This document shows positions 37,986 to 50,099 of a stretch of DNA of 52,454 bases, piece by piece. The stretch's first letter is position 1, and each line of letters begins with the position of its first letter. The DNA comes from Chromera velia (taxonomy: Eukaryota): contig JAHBMJ010000257.1 of the NCBI GenBank assembly GCA_018398765.1, forward strand, positions 1 to 52,454, in the 5' to 3' direction. Under the pieces are notes generated by a model. That model made no database searches. It had not been told where the DNA came from and worked only from the letters and a program-made list of their open reading frames with translations. Both the position numbers and the translations under genes were made by a program.

Positions 37986-38326
37986 ACTTAATTGAAATCT
38001 TGTGGGAAAGCTGAATTGTGTGGAAGTGCCCCCCTAGCAATCAATGCCATTTCCGGAATTTAAAGGTCCGCGATCAGTGTTGTGCGGTTTTCCTGTCAGG
38101 AAGTCTCTGCGAGTCTGCAGAACTGAGTCGTCTACTGCGCTCTTCCGGAACAGTGTCGCAGTCTCTCGATCAGATCTTGTGTCGTAGTCTCTCGATCACA
38201 TAGTAGAAAGTCTGTAAGAAAATGCACCTGCTTCTGTGCAACCCTGTGCAAATCTGCAAGGAATTCTCTCTTTTTCTGTTCGAGTTTTCGCCGTTCTCTT
38301 CCGCATCTTTCTGATTTTTTTCAAAG

Positions 38327-39646
38327 ATGGAGAGGGACGCGAAAACTCTTTCTATCGTACAGGAGGAGCTCGAGACCCTTGCTGGGGGTCTTCTCGAAGT
38401 TGTCGAGATGATTCGCGGCGTGGGACAAGTTTTAAAAAGCTGCAACTGGAGTGACGGAGACGACAGTCCGTCCCCCTCTGTCCCTCAACAACCGCAACAG
38501 CTTCGGGGCATGCCTCAGCAGCTGCCGCATCCAGAAGCTTCTGCACTTGCAAAGGTGAAAGAGGCAGTCAATACGATGAGGAATGGGGTTAGGTTGGAGT
38601 TGAACAAGGTGGTGAACTTGTACTACAAAATGGATCTGTCGCCACTGTTTGAGTGCGACATTGCCCACAAGATCCGGTCTTTCCAAGTCGTCACACCTGA
38701 GGCGCTGAATGAAGCCCTTGAGGCGTTCCTGGTGACAGGAGATGAAGCAAAAAGAGATGATTTCATGCTTCTTCTTCGTGTAGGAGCGCAGATAGATGGA
38801 CTGATAGAAGATCAAACAGCCCTTTTGCGGGCAGTCGAATTTGACAATCTTGAGGTGGTGAAGATTCTGGTAGGGGAGGGGGCAGGGCTGCAGGTGGTGG
38901 GGTCTGATGGTTTCTCACCGCTCCACTTCGCGTGCGCTAGTCCTCCGTCGCCTCAAATCGTCCGATTCCTTGTGTCAGAGGGTGCCGATGTGGATGCGAA
39001 GGACAACGACGGGGAAACGCCTCTCCATTGGTTGGCCACGACGGATCAGACGGACCTCATGGAGCTGATTCTCTCAAAGGGTGCGGACATTGACGCCAAG
39101 GATAACAAAGGGGATACAGCTCTCCACCATGCTACCATGGCCGGGGTGAGAGAAGCCGCAGAGTGCCTTCTTGATCATGGTGCCAAAGTCAATGAAGAAA
39201 ACAGCCGGCGCTTCACACCCCTCCTCACCACTATAATTTTGCACAATGACGAGCCGACTGACCACCGAGATGTGGCCCAGCTGCTTATTTCTCGTGGGGC
39301 GAACATCAATCATACATCCCGGAGAGAGGGGTTGGGACTCTTGCACTATGCAGCTGTTCAGGGGTCTGCAGATGTTCTTGAGCTTCTGCTCGAAAACGGA
39401 GCGGATGTGCACGTGACAGACACGCAAGGACGGACTGCTTTGCACCATGTTGCATCAGTTCCGTTTGATGCACTTGAGGATGAGTTAGAGGCGAAGAAAC
39501 TTCGCATTGCCAAGCTTCTCGTTGCCAGGGGCATCAACGTGAATGCTTTGACCAACGACGGTCAGACAGCACGTGCAATCGCATTCAGAAAAAGACCTCC
39601 CCACTCAGCAGTTCGCGCTTACCTTTCTGGATTGCCTTCATTTTAG
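38327..39646 (+). CDS. Intronless ankyrin-repeat protein (about 7-8 repeats) with N-terminal helical region, 439 aa
   Basis: Repeats include DGFSPLHFAC...LVSEGADVDAKD, DGETPLHWLA...LSKGADIDAKD, KGDTALHHA...LLDHGAKVN, GLLHYAA...LLENGADVHVTD and GRTALHH...LVARGINVNA. Confidence 0.93.
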   Translation: MERDAKTLSIVQEELETLAGGLLEVVEMIRGVGQVLKSCNWSDGDDSPSPSVPQQPQQLRGMPQQLPHPEASALAKVKEAVNTMRNGVRLELNKVVNLYYKMDLSPLFECDIAHKIRSFQVVTPEALNEALEAFLVTGDEAKRDDFMLLLRVGAQIDGLIEDQTALLRAVEFDNLEVVKILVGEGAGLQVVGSDGFSPLHFACASPPSPQIVRFLVSEGADVDAKDNDGETPLHWLATTDQTDLMELILSKGADIDAKDNKGDTALHHATMAGVREAAECLLDHGAKVNEENSRRFTPLLTTIILHNDEPTDHRDVAQLLISRGANINHTSRREGLGLLHYAAVQGSADVLELLLENGADVHVTDTQGRTALHHVASVPFDALEDELEAKKLRIAKLLVARGINVNALTNDGQTARAIAFRKRPPHSAVRAYLSGLPSF

Positions 39647-39904
39647 ATGGAGCAGCTAAAAGAGCAATACAAGTTAAAGATTCATGTTGAATACAAATAA
39701 TTAATACAATATGCAGGACACAGTCTAGGACACAGTATTTTTAATTGGTATTGTCTAGGCTATTATATCGTATCAATTCATTTGTTGGTGTTATCCTGGC
39801 TCTGATCCTATAGCTATATCATCTACGGTGTGCATGATGTGTAAACGTTTAAAGTGAAATAAAATTAAAAGTATAAATTGTATAATTTTAAGTATTTAAG
39901 ATTC

Positions 39905-41110
39905 AGATGAACCAATGGCTTGGGGAATGGGCTAGAAGGCAGGAAGACAGCAGGAATAAAGACAGAATCTTCCATCCCCGTGCTGCCTTCACTGATTTTC
40001 AAAGAGAGAACCCTTCCAGACAGAGGCTCTCCATGGATTTTCTATGCTCCTCCTAGCAGAAAGGAAATGACAGTCACGTCTGTCAGACACAGGACACGAT
40101 CTACAGTGATTCTACACATACGCACGCTGTCCCCTTGTCTTCTTAAATCCTCTGCGAACATCCGCCCTCTTCTGAGAGCGATGACGGGTAGTTATGTGCA
40201 GCGGTGGGAGCTAGAGAAGACCTGCTCGGCTTGCTCTGGCAGAAAAGTTTGTGATGAGATCCACTTGCTCACGGAATGTGCGGACACAGAGAGGGAAAGA
40301 CAGAAGCTTGACGAAATCATCAGCAGAATAAAGGAGTGTGCGCCCATTAAGAAACGGGTAAAAATTGCGCAATCGTATACGAGAGGTAAGTGGGGTGCTT
40401 TTTGCCCCCCTAAAGCGGTGCATTTCCGTAAAAAACTTATTATCATAATTGGTAAGGAGTTAGAAGCTGAAACTTTGTATAAGAAGACGTTGTAACAATA
40501 GAAAAAGAACTATGAAACAGATTTTTTATATCATTTCTAGAAACCTACTACTAGTAGGCTATCATACATTTTTTTATTATTTTTGGGCCATTTTTTAACG
40601 GTTCCTAATAGTAAGAAAAACGGTATAAAACTCATAAAATTTGTATAGCAGCCTATGTTTCTAGAAATGATATAAGAAATCTGTTCCATGGTTCTTTTTC
40701 TATTGTTATAACGTTTCTAGATCTTATACAAAGTTTCAGCTTCTAACTCTTTACCAATTATGAGAACGAGTTTTTTACGGAAAAGCGCCGGTCTCCTATG
40801 CAAAGAGGGGGGCAAAAAGCACCCTACTCGCCCCCGGTATGCGATGGGTGGCTGCCTCAGCTGGTAGAGGAGTGGGGGAGAATGAAAAGAAAGTCCAAGA
40901 GATGATCGCTCTTATTTCGTTGTTCCAGCCTCTGACGGGCATGAGGGCGGTTGAGGAGTGTATAGCCAAATTGGAGAGAGTTCGTGTTAACATGTGTTAA
41001 TGGATCAATGCGCTAGGTCAACAAACCAACATTGCATGTCATGCCCCATGGTTGGTCAGAGCCTAAGTGGTAGCTCACCAACTTTAACCGCCTCAATTCA
41101 ATTCAATTCA
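39905..41110 (+). mobile_element. 5'-truncated non-LTR retrotransposon (LINE) 3' end, interrupted by a MITE-like insert
   Basis: The ORF carries the LINE ORF2 C-terminal zinc-knuckle pattern CSAC-SGRKVCDEIHLLTEC. The frame continues 40851-41000 once the insert is removed. A 3' stem-loop lies at 41051-41082 and a (TCAAT)n tail at 41093-41110. No RT domain is retained and the left boundary is approximate. Confidence 0.7.
40343..40848. mobile_element. Palindromic non-autonomous DNA transposon (MITE/foldback-like), ~506 bp
   Basis: Imperfect inverted arms of about 190 bp (~40372-40562 vs ~40647-40845; e.g. TTAGAAGCTGAAACTTTGTATAAGA / TCTTATACAAAGTTTCAGCTTCTAA), termini CCCAT...ATGGG, flanked by CG and TG. 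Confidence 0.8.
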
Positions 41111-41374
41111 GTTTGACTTCTAGAATATATATATAAGAAGATACCAGGGAACTTAAAGATAACTGTAGGAAGACAAGTGATAAGATAGCTAGTAAGATAG
41201 TTAGTTACTAAATTAGTTAGTGAGAGGACACGGCTAAGGTAGGCTAAGGAGTCATGACGCAAAACCTCAGTTGGAGTACTAGGCTCCTAGATCATAGGGC
41301 CGTACATATATGTATGTTTGGTTAGATAGTTTTTACTAAAATTAATGAGCTAAAGAATGAATAAAAAGTTATTC

Positions 41375-42800
41375 ACAGGATTACAGGATTACATTATGTT
41401 CAGGGCCGAAGCCCTAGACCTGTATGCCCTTTATCTGACGTTTGCCTTGCACCATACATTCATGCACATTACTTCACATCATGCACGCATACATGCAACA
41501 AGTACCAACAACACATCCTATCACGACATATGCATTTCTTGCCTTGCACTTTAAAACCATTCTAACTGCCGACAAACATGGATACATTTGAATTACAGTC
41601 CCGGGATAAGATCGATTAGATCATGTTTGATTTTCTCTGACGAAGTGCGAGTGAAAGACAGAGTGACAAAGGGCAGGGGTGGAGCGGTAGCATGCATCCT
41701 CCATTACTTTTGCAACTTTATGCCTACGTACAGAGCCTATCTTTTTTGCTCTTTTCATTTAATAAAGCATACCGATCAGATCTTCTACCTTGGAACGTGG
41801 CTCTCTGTTTCCTTTCTTCTTTTCTTCTTTGTCGTGGACTTCTGCGAGCCGTTCAGCAGTCACATCTTGAAAAGCATGCTTAAGTTTCTCTTTGCATCTC
41901 CCCCACACTCTTCGTCTCATCAAGATTCTTTTTATAAGTATGTTCACATAGTAGTCTGCTTTGTTGACCAAGAAAGTGAACAGGGCTATTTTATCAATTT
42001 TTCCATCCCCTTCTGACTTTCTTACATGCTTTGCTCTCTTGTCTCTCTCGTCTGTCTAACCTTATACCAGATAGCCAATGCATTCCTCCTTTTCCCATTC
42101 ATATATTGAGCGACATTCTATAAGGACATGGACTTCATCTTTGAGGACTGAAAGGTTAAGCAAGTCGAAACAGAATGGACATATTTGTTTCTTAAGTGGC
42201 ACTCTGTGTTCACCTTTCTGCGGCACTCTTCCTTTTGTAACAGCAAAGCTTCTTTGTCTAAGTCTGAATGCAGCTGCTCTCCTTTTATATACTACTAACC
42301 AGGGCACCAGCTTAGTGTAGCAAGAGGAGGCTTTTCCAATTTCTTCTTCTCTGATGCACGCATGGAGTACACCGCTGTTTCTTTCTGCATTTTCTTCTTT
42401 CTCAAGGAAAGACCATAAATGAAGGCGATTTCCATTCTAACCCAAAAACCCCGTGCCAACCCGAAACCTCCTCGAACTGATCGAGTCAGTCTCACTTGCT
42501 CTTCTCTTTTTCTTTTCTTGATTGTTTGTTCTACCTGCCTCTTGAACACTTTCTTCTTTCTCTTTTCCATCTCATCTACATTTCTTTCTCTCAATAATCT
42601 AACTATTCTGTCTTTTGTTTCAAAAGAAGGCTGTTGGCCTGCCTGTGCTGGTGCTCTTCTTATCTCGAACAGGTATTCATCTCTATTATACAGCGCTCTT
42701 GCACTCTCCTCTAAGTGGGGAAATAACTCATACGGATGCATTTCCTTTCCCTTCAGTCTGTTGTCTACTTCTCTTTAAAGTGCATCGATCAACGCATGGA
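41375..42800 (-). mobile_element. Decayed non-LTR retrotransposon 3' portion (frameshift and stops)
   Basis: Minus-strand ORF pieces at 42741-42295, 42307-42062 (QICPFC...KDEVHVLIEC zinc knuckle) and 41971-41759. A terminal hairpin AGGGC-TTCG-GCCCT (41415-41402) is followed by a (GTAATCCT)x2 tail (41394-41375). The 5' boundary is approximate. Confidence 0.7.
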
Positions 42801-43872
42801 AGACAGGGGATTCTCTTTTCTTTTTTAGAACAGTCATCGTCACTGTGGCCCCCCATGTCAGCGTCCGATCAGCTACCTCCAGCTCAATTGGAAGAAGACC
42901 ACCGTAAGGCACTGCCAGACATCACCACCGCAAGGCAGACATCGAACAGGTGGGCCGGATGCAAGAACAATATAGTAATCGAATAACATTACAAACGAAC
43001 CTAAGGATCGACAAAGAGATTGAATGCAAACGTAGCGGTGTCTGACGTACCAGATTGAGAGGAGGGCATTACAATCATTACGATAAGACAATTTCAATTG
43101 AGCCATCTAGGCCAATGTTGGCCCAATGAGCTGGCGCAAGATATTGTTTTGATCCCCGACCAAGTTATCATTGGTTAAGAATCAGAAACGGACCGTAAGG
43201 AGCCATTTTCTAATATAAATTAAGATCAGAACTATTGTTGATGTGCATGCATATGTTGTTTAAACAAATAAATGTTTTAGCAAATAGTATGTTTATTATC
43301 AGACGAAGGGGGAGAGATGGGGGGATTCACTGATTCAGCATTGCACTCATCCTTATGGACGACTGAACCGTAAAAGACTGATTGATCAAATAGAACTTAG
43401 CGTGTGGCAATGTAGCCAGGGGTGTTGTTTTGTTGTGTAGACGGATGGAAAGTTAAGAGTGAGGCAGATCGATGTGCTAGGAACTGATTTTAAATGCAGT
43501 TTCCCCCTGTTTAATGTTCTTAAAGTATTGTTTATAGTATGTGCTGCTTAGAGAGGTGTTGTCACTGTTGTTTTAGTAGTGTTTAGGATGGTGTTTACAT
43601 GGTTGTTTGTAAGTTGTTCAGATGTTTTTCAGTTTTGAATTAAATAAATGTAACGTTTTATTCAGCTCTATAGTTAGCTCTATAGATACAACTAGCTTAT
43701 TGATAGTTAAAGATGAGCAAAAATGTGTTAGTAGACTTTTGAATGCATATTTAGGGGGGTTTGCACATGCATTAAATAAGAAAAAATGGGGACTATTATG
43801 GGGTTAACAATACAAAAAGAAAGAGTCCGGTCTAGATTTCAATTCAATTTACCAAGTCGATCTGTTTGGCTA

Positions 43873-46800
43873 TCATAAAAACAGAGCAAGTGAGTCTTTA
43901 TCGTCGTGATTCACAATACTCTCCCTGCCACCGTCTGAGTATACGGGTTGTTCCCCACAGGTTTCAAAAGGCCTGGCCCAAGCCCATTCATCTGAAGTTT
44001 GATGATGGACAGTCTCCTTATCCAGGTCTATTTTCAAGAGGGCGTTTGATGAACTTCCAGAGAGGGATAGAAGAGACCGGGGGCCCAAAAGACGTGAAGC
44101 TGGACTGCCGTCCGATGAACGAGGCCCGCATCCATTGCCTTTCTGAGTATTTGCATAATTTAATTGGGAGGTTGGCACTCTGGACGGCAACGGTGCGTCT
44201 GGTCGGGATGTGTCTCTTTCACTTGGCGTTGTGAACTCGGCCTCTGCATTCCTCCCTCCTGGTGTCATTCCTTTTCCTCCTGAATTTGCTTCCAGAAGTT
44301 CTCCCTTTGAGCAGGCAGTTAACGAGGAGAAACACGTGCCCGCACCAGCACCCGCATTTTCATTCCTCAAAATTGAACCCCTTGCTTCTCGTCGTCTCTG
44401 ACGCACGGAAGAAGACACAGAGAGAGAGAGGGGGTCTTGACTGATGGAATCGGGGGGTGCAGCCCTTTGGGACAAGTGCGAGGAAGGGGACCCTTTAGGT
44501 TTACCGCTGTCGTGAGGCCCATTGGCAGCGTTCATAGAGGGGGAGGGAGGGAAAGAAGCTGTGCCTAGGTCTGGGGCCTCCGGCAGGTCCATTTCTCTTT
44601 CCTTTTCCCTTCCCCACTCATCTGACCGTGACGTTCTCCGTCCTCCTCTTCTTTGACGAGGAGTGCGGAGGGAAGCTGAAGAGCTTCCCGATCCAGATTC
44701 AGGGCCTGTTTGCATCTTCTCGTGTTTGCTTGGATGTTTTGCAGCCTCATTTTTCGACCACACAGAGCTTGAAGACAAACGAGACAGAGAGCGGGAAAAG
44801 TTGAAAGACTGGGAAGGGGGGGGTGGAGGTGGGGGAGGGGCCTCATGAGACAGTGTGTCGCTAGCACTGCTTCTGGTACCAGCTTTGGTACCTCGGACCA
44901 CAGCGTTGCTTGAGAAGTGGCGATACTGGGCAGCTGGGAGCGGAGTAGTATGCTCGTCGTCTCTTGCTCTTCTCTCCGTTCTTTTTCCAGTGGTTTCAGC
45001 CTGACTGTACACAGAGGATGAGAAGGGCCGAGCTAAACCTGGCTCAGATGCGGAGGGGGAGGGTATTCTTTTGCACCGACTCTGAGTTCGTGTTGGTGTT
45101 GCTGTGATGGTCCCGGGGGCAGAGACGATCGGCACATCTACAGCAGAGTGCTGAGGAGACAGCGAGGGAGAAGGGGGGAGAGGGGCACGGGGACTGGTGT
45201 GGTCTTCTTGGGCATCTGCAGGAAGATGGGGAAAGTCAGATGGCAGCTCAGAAATGCTCCGGGGAGAAATTGGGTCCTCGGGACCTGGACGAGGGCCCTG
45301 ACTGTCTTCGGAGCTTTGCGATCGACTCTGGCTGTCGGTTTCAAACCCACAGCTGTCTCTATCTCTGTGTCTCTCCCGGTGTGTATTTCTGTTTGTGTCA
45401 GTGGAATCTCTCATCCAACCGTCGAAGTCATGGAGAGTGAAAGGACGGCGCACGCGATCATAAATATGTTGTCTCTCTGCTTCGAGTGTGTTCACATTCC
45501 CTCTGTTTCGTCCATACCTCTCCTTCTCATGTTGCTCAGATGGCAGTGACCGTCTCTGCGTGTGAATCTCTTTGTTCATGCCCCTGCCGTCTCTGAGAAG
45601 ACCCCAGCGTGTCTTCAAATCGTCAAGAAAGGAAAACGAAAGGGTCCCGCTGCTGCCTAGTGAGGGTCCCGAGCCGCTTTGTCTGCTCTCTTCGTTTGTT
45701 TCAGTGGACGGGGGACGGGCTCTTTCTGCCAATTGCTCGAGAGAAGGTCGAGGAGATCTTTTCAATTCCCACTGGTCATCGCGAACTTTTTCTTTCAGTC
45801 TCCTGAAAGAGTGTGGGGGGCAGTTCAGACTGGAATTAGAGGCACGAGAGGAAAAGGGGGGCGGACTCCCAGGATGGTTCTCTTGGGGTAGACCTAAATA
45901 TTTCCCCATCGCCCCTGTCGTCCCACCCTCTCGAGCTGCCCCTGTCAACAAACTTGGACCGGACAGATACTGTACAGTAACAGGACCCGCAAGAACACCG
46001 GTGTCCATAAAGGGGCAAACAAGGGGTGCAGGTAACCTATTGAATGCTGAGGTCTCGACTCCGTTGCTGGACGGAGAAATGACCTGCCGTTTAGAGGCTT
46101 GGGGACGATCTTGTGCAGGCCTTGGTGGCCTGCTGACCAGCCAATCGGGTGGTTTGGGGTCTGGGGGACCTGGCGGAACCTGAGGGTTCTGTGGGGGGGC
46201 TGATGGGGGAGTTGTGGAGAGAAGACGGGGGTGGCGAGGGGGGGGTGGAGGGGGGGATGCTGCGATGGGCGAAAGGGAAGGGGGGCGGCCAGCTGCATGG
46301 AAGGCAGAGGGCATCGATGGAGCTGCATGGGTTGAAGGCGCCTGGAACCCGTTTAGACGTGTGCGGGAGTTGGGGATCCCATTACTTGGTGAAGGTCCCT
46401 CTGACGCTCTTCCCAAAGAGATATGATCTTGGGCAGACTCCTTGCTGCAGAATGATGAGATGAAGGGATCGAACACGAGGTTATTTTCAGTGAAGACTTT
46501 TTTTCCAATCGCATTTGTGCCAATGCCGACAGTGGTATTTGTAATGCTTGCTCGAGATCGTCACTTTCGCATGTTGATCTTCTCTTCCGTAATTCACCTT
46601 CCATGTGGAGTCATGATCTCCGCACAGACGTAGACAGAAAAGCAGCGTGGCGAAAGAAAGAGATTCAGCTGCAGAACATCAAAAGATATTCGTTTATCTC
46701 GAAGAAAAATGAAAGCTGTTCATACCGACAATCGACACAGAGACGAAACATAATTGAATGCTTATCCACCTACCTCTGCTGAACCTGCTGCCAGAAACCC

Positions 46801-49502
46801 CCACCGGTAGTCTGACGCCGGTGCCGGCCTGCTTCTGTATTGGTGCCAAGATTCCAAGGAGGCTTTGACTGCTTCTGAGAAACGATTTCTTCAGCACTAC
46901 CATCCCGCCACCCCTCTGGTTTTCTTTCTTTTTCCTCTGGCCCTGCCTGTTGCTGTTCTGGCACACTTCCAGAAAAGAAAGAGACGGGCTCTCTCGATCC
47001 ATTCAATTTGCCCCCCCCCCTGGTCCTTTGTGGAGTCTCTTCGCTTCGCTCCAGAATATCCAAAACACGGGAAATCTGCACACACACGGCCATACAAGGC
47101 CATCAATTCAAAAAGGGATTTGCCGGAGAGGACGAGCGAAGGCCAACCGACACGCAGAAAGGAAAGGGAAAAAAGATATCGTATGGGACGCAGGGCGGGT
47201 GGACCCAAAAGCTTCTCTCGATGACGGGGCTTCAGAAACGCACAAGAGAAAGGACCAGAGAGATGAATGAAGCTTGTGAAGACAGTATAAACTATAACAG
47301 TCAACAGGGTACACACAGCACAAAAAGTTTGGCTACCTACCGTCTTGTTTGCCCCAATTTTTCTCGGACTGGCTCTCTGACATATCGAGGGACTCAAAAA
47401 GGAAGCTTCTATTTGGGTGGCTGTCTCTCTCTCTCTGCCTGCCTGCATGTCTGTCCGTGTATGCACGTGTGTACGTATGTATGTGTGTCTGTATATGCCT
47501 GTCTGTCTGTCTGTATGTATGTATGTATGTATGCGTGTCGACCTTCCACTGACTCGTGCAGTTACTTCTTTTCTTCTTCCTCCGTTTGCGATCTTGGCCT
47601 GCAAGGGAGGGGCCTCGGCCTTCCTTCTGTCTCTAGAGGGGGACGCAGAGACCCATGGAGACCTCTCCACATCAGGAGCCGGAACCGGAATATGACAGCT
47701 GGGATTGGAGACGTGACTTTGCTGCGTTGGCTGTCGGGCTATTTGATGGAATGGCTCAGGGAGTGTGGGATGGGAGTGAGAGTCTGTTTCTCTTCGCTGT
47801 TGGGGGGGGAGATGGCGTTTGATGTCCCAAGGGCTTGCAGGGGAAAAATATGAAGGCTGGTGGAATGGAGAACCAGAACCTGGGGCTGCGGTGTTCCGTG
47901 TCTCCCCTTCCGGTGTTTGTCGCCTCATCCGGAGGAGCTCTGCAAAACTGGGAACTTGAAGGGACTCAAAGTCTTTTTTGCTGGACAAGGGAAATGTAGA
48001 CAGATGAGGGGACGCAAGAGGAGACAGCAGTGTGGGTCCAGCTATCGGTGGAGATTGTACTTCTTTCTGGGTGTGGGGTGGCAGAATTGGTGGTTGGGTC
48101 GACTTTTTGTGCGTCTCGCTGTGTGGGTGGAGGTGAAGAGGGGGGGAGAAGGGGGTCTCATGGGAGGGCTCCCAGTGAAGTGCGGCTGCATCTGGAGAAG
48201 AGTGCGCCTCTGTGTGGTGCTGCAAAAGGAGACTGAAGCCTTCGGTCGAGGGGCCGTTGAGATTACTGGACTGTCTCTGGGCTGACGAGAAAGTCGCTGT
48301 TCCTCCTCCTATGTGAGTGTGCTCTTGAACTTTTGTAGACAGGCCACTGGAGTTGTAGGCTGATGAGAGGGAATCAGCAGGGTCACTGGGAGGACCTGGC
48401 ATCTTCCTGTCGTTCCCTTGCCGTCCTGCTGCTCTCTTGGACTCTTCCCGTATTCTGTCGGCAATCAGGTTCAACTCCCTGTGCACGTCTGTGAGGCCTG
48501 AGGGAGATGCCCCAAGCCCTCCCCACGAGGTAGAGAGGGGGCCAGAGAACTTTACAGCAGCGTCTCGTAAAGAGCCCTGGAGAGACTGGAGGAGTCCGTC
48601 CAGATCGGACGAAATCCGCATAGCCGTCTCCTGGGCACCTCCACAGACAGGGAGAAGACCCCCTGCCTTCGCCTTCATGTTCCGGTTTTGGGGAGAGGCG
48701 GCTTGCTGGGGAGAGGACGGTATGGGAGAAGGGGAAGCGATAGCCTGTGAATGGGGGGATGGGGGGCTCGGGGAAACTCTAGTTGGGACTTTCGGACCTT
48801 TCCGGGGCCCTCTAAACGTTTGTGTGTTCTTGGCTGTAGGCGAGTTTTCTTCTTGCTTCACATGTTGGTTTTGGTTCTTTTGCAGCCTCAGCTCTTCCTC
48901 CAAACTTGTCAACTTATCGCACAACAATCGCATGGTCACCTCCATGGTCTCCACCTTCCCTCCCATCCCAGCAGGAGGGGGGACAGAAGGGGGGACGGGT
49001 TTCGCAAAAGACTCAGGAGAATCGCCACGGGGGTTCTGAGGAGGGGGCTCTAAATCTGCAGGCACACAAGTGGTCATGCACTGTTCAATGCCACAAAGAC
49101 ATGCGGAAAGAGGGGCAGATAAGTACAAATTGAACAGAATAGACGGCTACCGAGCTTACCTGTTGTCGTGGCAACAGTTGTCGAGGTAGAACAGCCCCAT
49201 GCCTCTCTCTCGACTTGCGCGCTGCCCCTCGGTTTCCCTTCCTTCTCACACTTCCCAGCGCTCGTCCCTCCATCAAGAGAAGCGGCGTCTTGGGGGACAC
49301 GACGCTTCTTCCATTCTCGGGCTCTGCACATGAAGGAAGCACAGCCTTGCGTTCAAAAGAGGTGTTTCACAGTGTTGAGCATGCACATGTTGCACGCTTC
49401 AAGAACCTACCAACCCACCTTTCCAGATACTCGTCTACCGAACCGCACAATCTGGTGTCCAACTCATAAATGTTTCTTGCCATTGTATCAAAAGACAAGG
49501 AC
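43873..49502 (-). CDS. Multi-exon low-complexity P/S/R-rich hypothetical protein (over 1500 aa), 5' end uncertain
   Basis: Phase-consistent exons 49502-49419, 49323-49160, 49055-47554, 47075-46774 and 46444-43873 link the 85-, 743-, 107- and 867-aa ORFs. A further exon is possible at ~49680-49582. Short coiled coil LLCDKLTSLEEELRLQK. No recognisable domain. Confidence 0.65.
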
Positions 49503-50099
49503 CTTCAGCACCGCATGTCCGGAGAAGCATTGCCATGCATGTTTCTTAAGATCACTGAGCTCGTGTTTCCATGCATGCAGACTGATCACTTCGAGGTACT
49601 GATGCAACGCCTGGCTCGGTCTTTTCATGGACAACTCTCAAAATCTTTGTCCAGTGGCTGTTTCCAGACACTGATTCTGTAACTGAATTGGAGACTCAAT
49701 GGAGAGCTACAGACAGCAACGCAGCCAACGCTCTCACACTGATCGAGTGATCGACGTTCTGCAATCTTCGATACAACCGTTGTCTGCATGCATGCGCATG
49801 ACCGAGCTAAACCGCGCGGATATCCCTGCATGCATTCACTGCATGCATGTCACGAATCATGCAGAAAGAGCTAGCTCCCGCTATCTCCCGGCGACTCCCG
49901 CTTCCAAGTGACTCAGGGAATCCGAAGTAATTAAAAAAGAGTATCAGATCGCGACTCCCCCACAACCACAGACTGCATGCCAGTGTGTGAGCCTGACGCG
50001 CATTTTAACTAACAGGCACGGGAAAACCGTGTTGATCCTCCCTACGCTGCTTTGAGCCTCTGCCGGCCTGAATCTCAGTGGCGCGTAGACGGACCGAAG

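Noticed and set aside
40343..40495. C-terminal part of the 191-aa ORF as genuine coding sequence
   Set aside because: It is read-through into the MITE left arm. The original frame resumes at 40851.
46897..47553. C-terminal third of the 743-aa ORF
   Set aside because: The part from 47553 to 47076 is intron with (TACA)n/(GACA)n repeats, and the rest overlaps the next exon in another frame.
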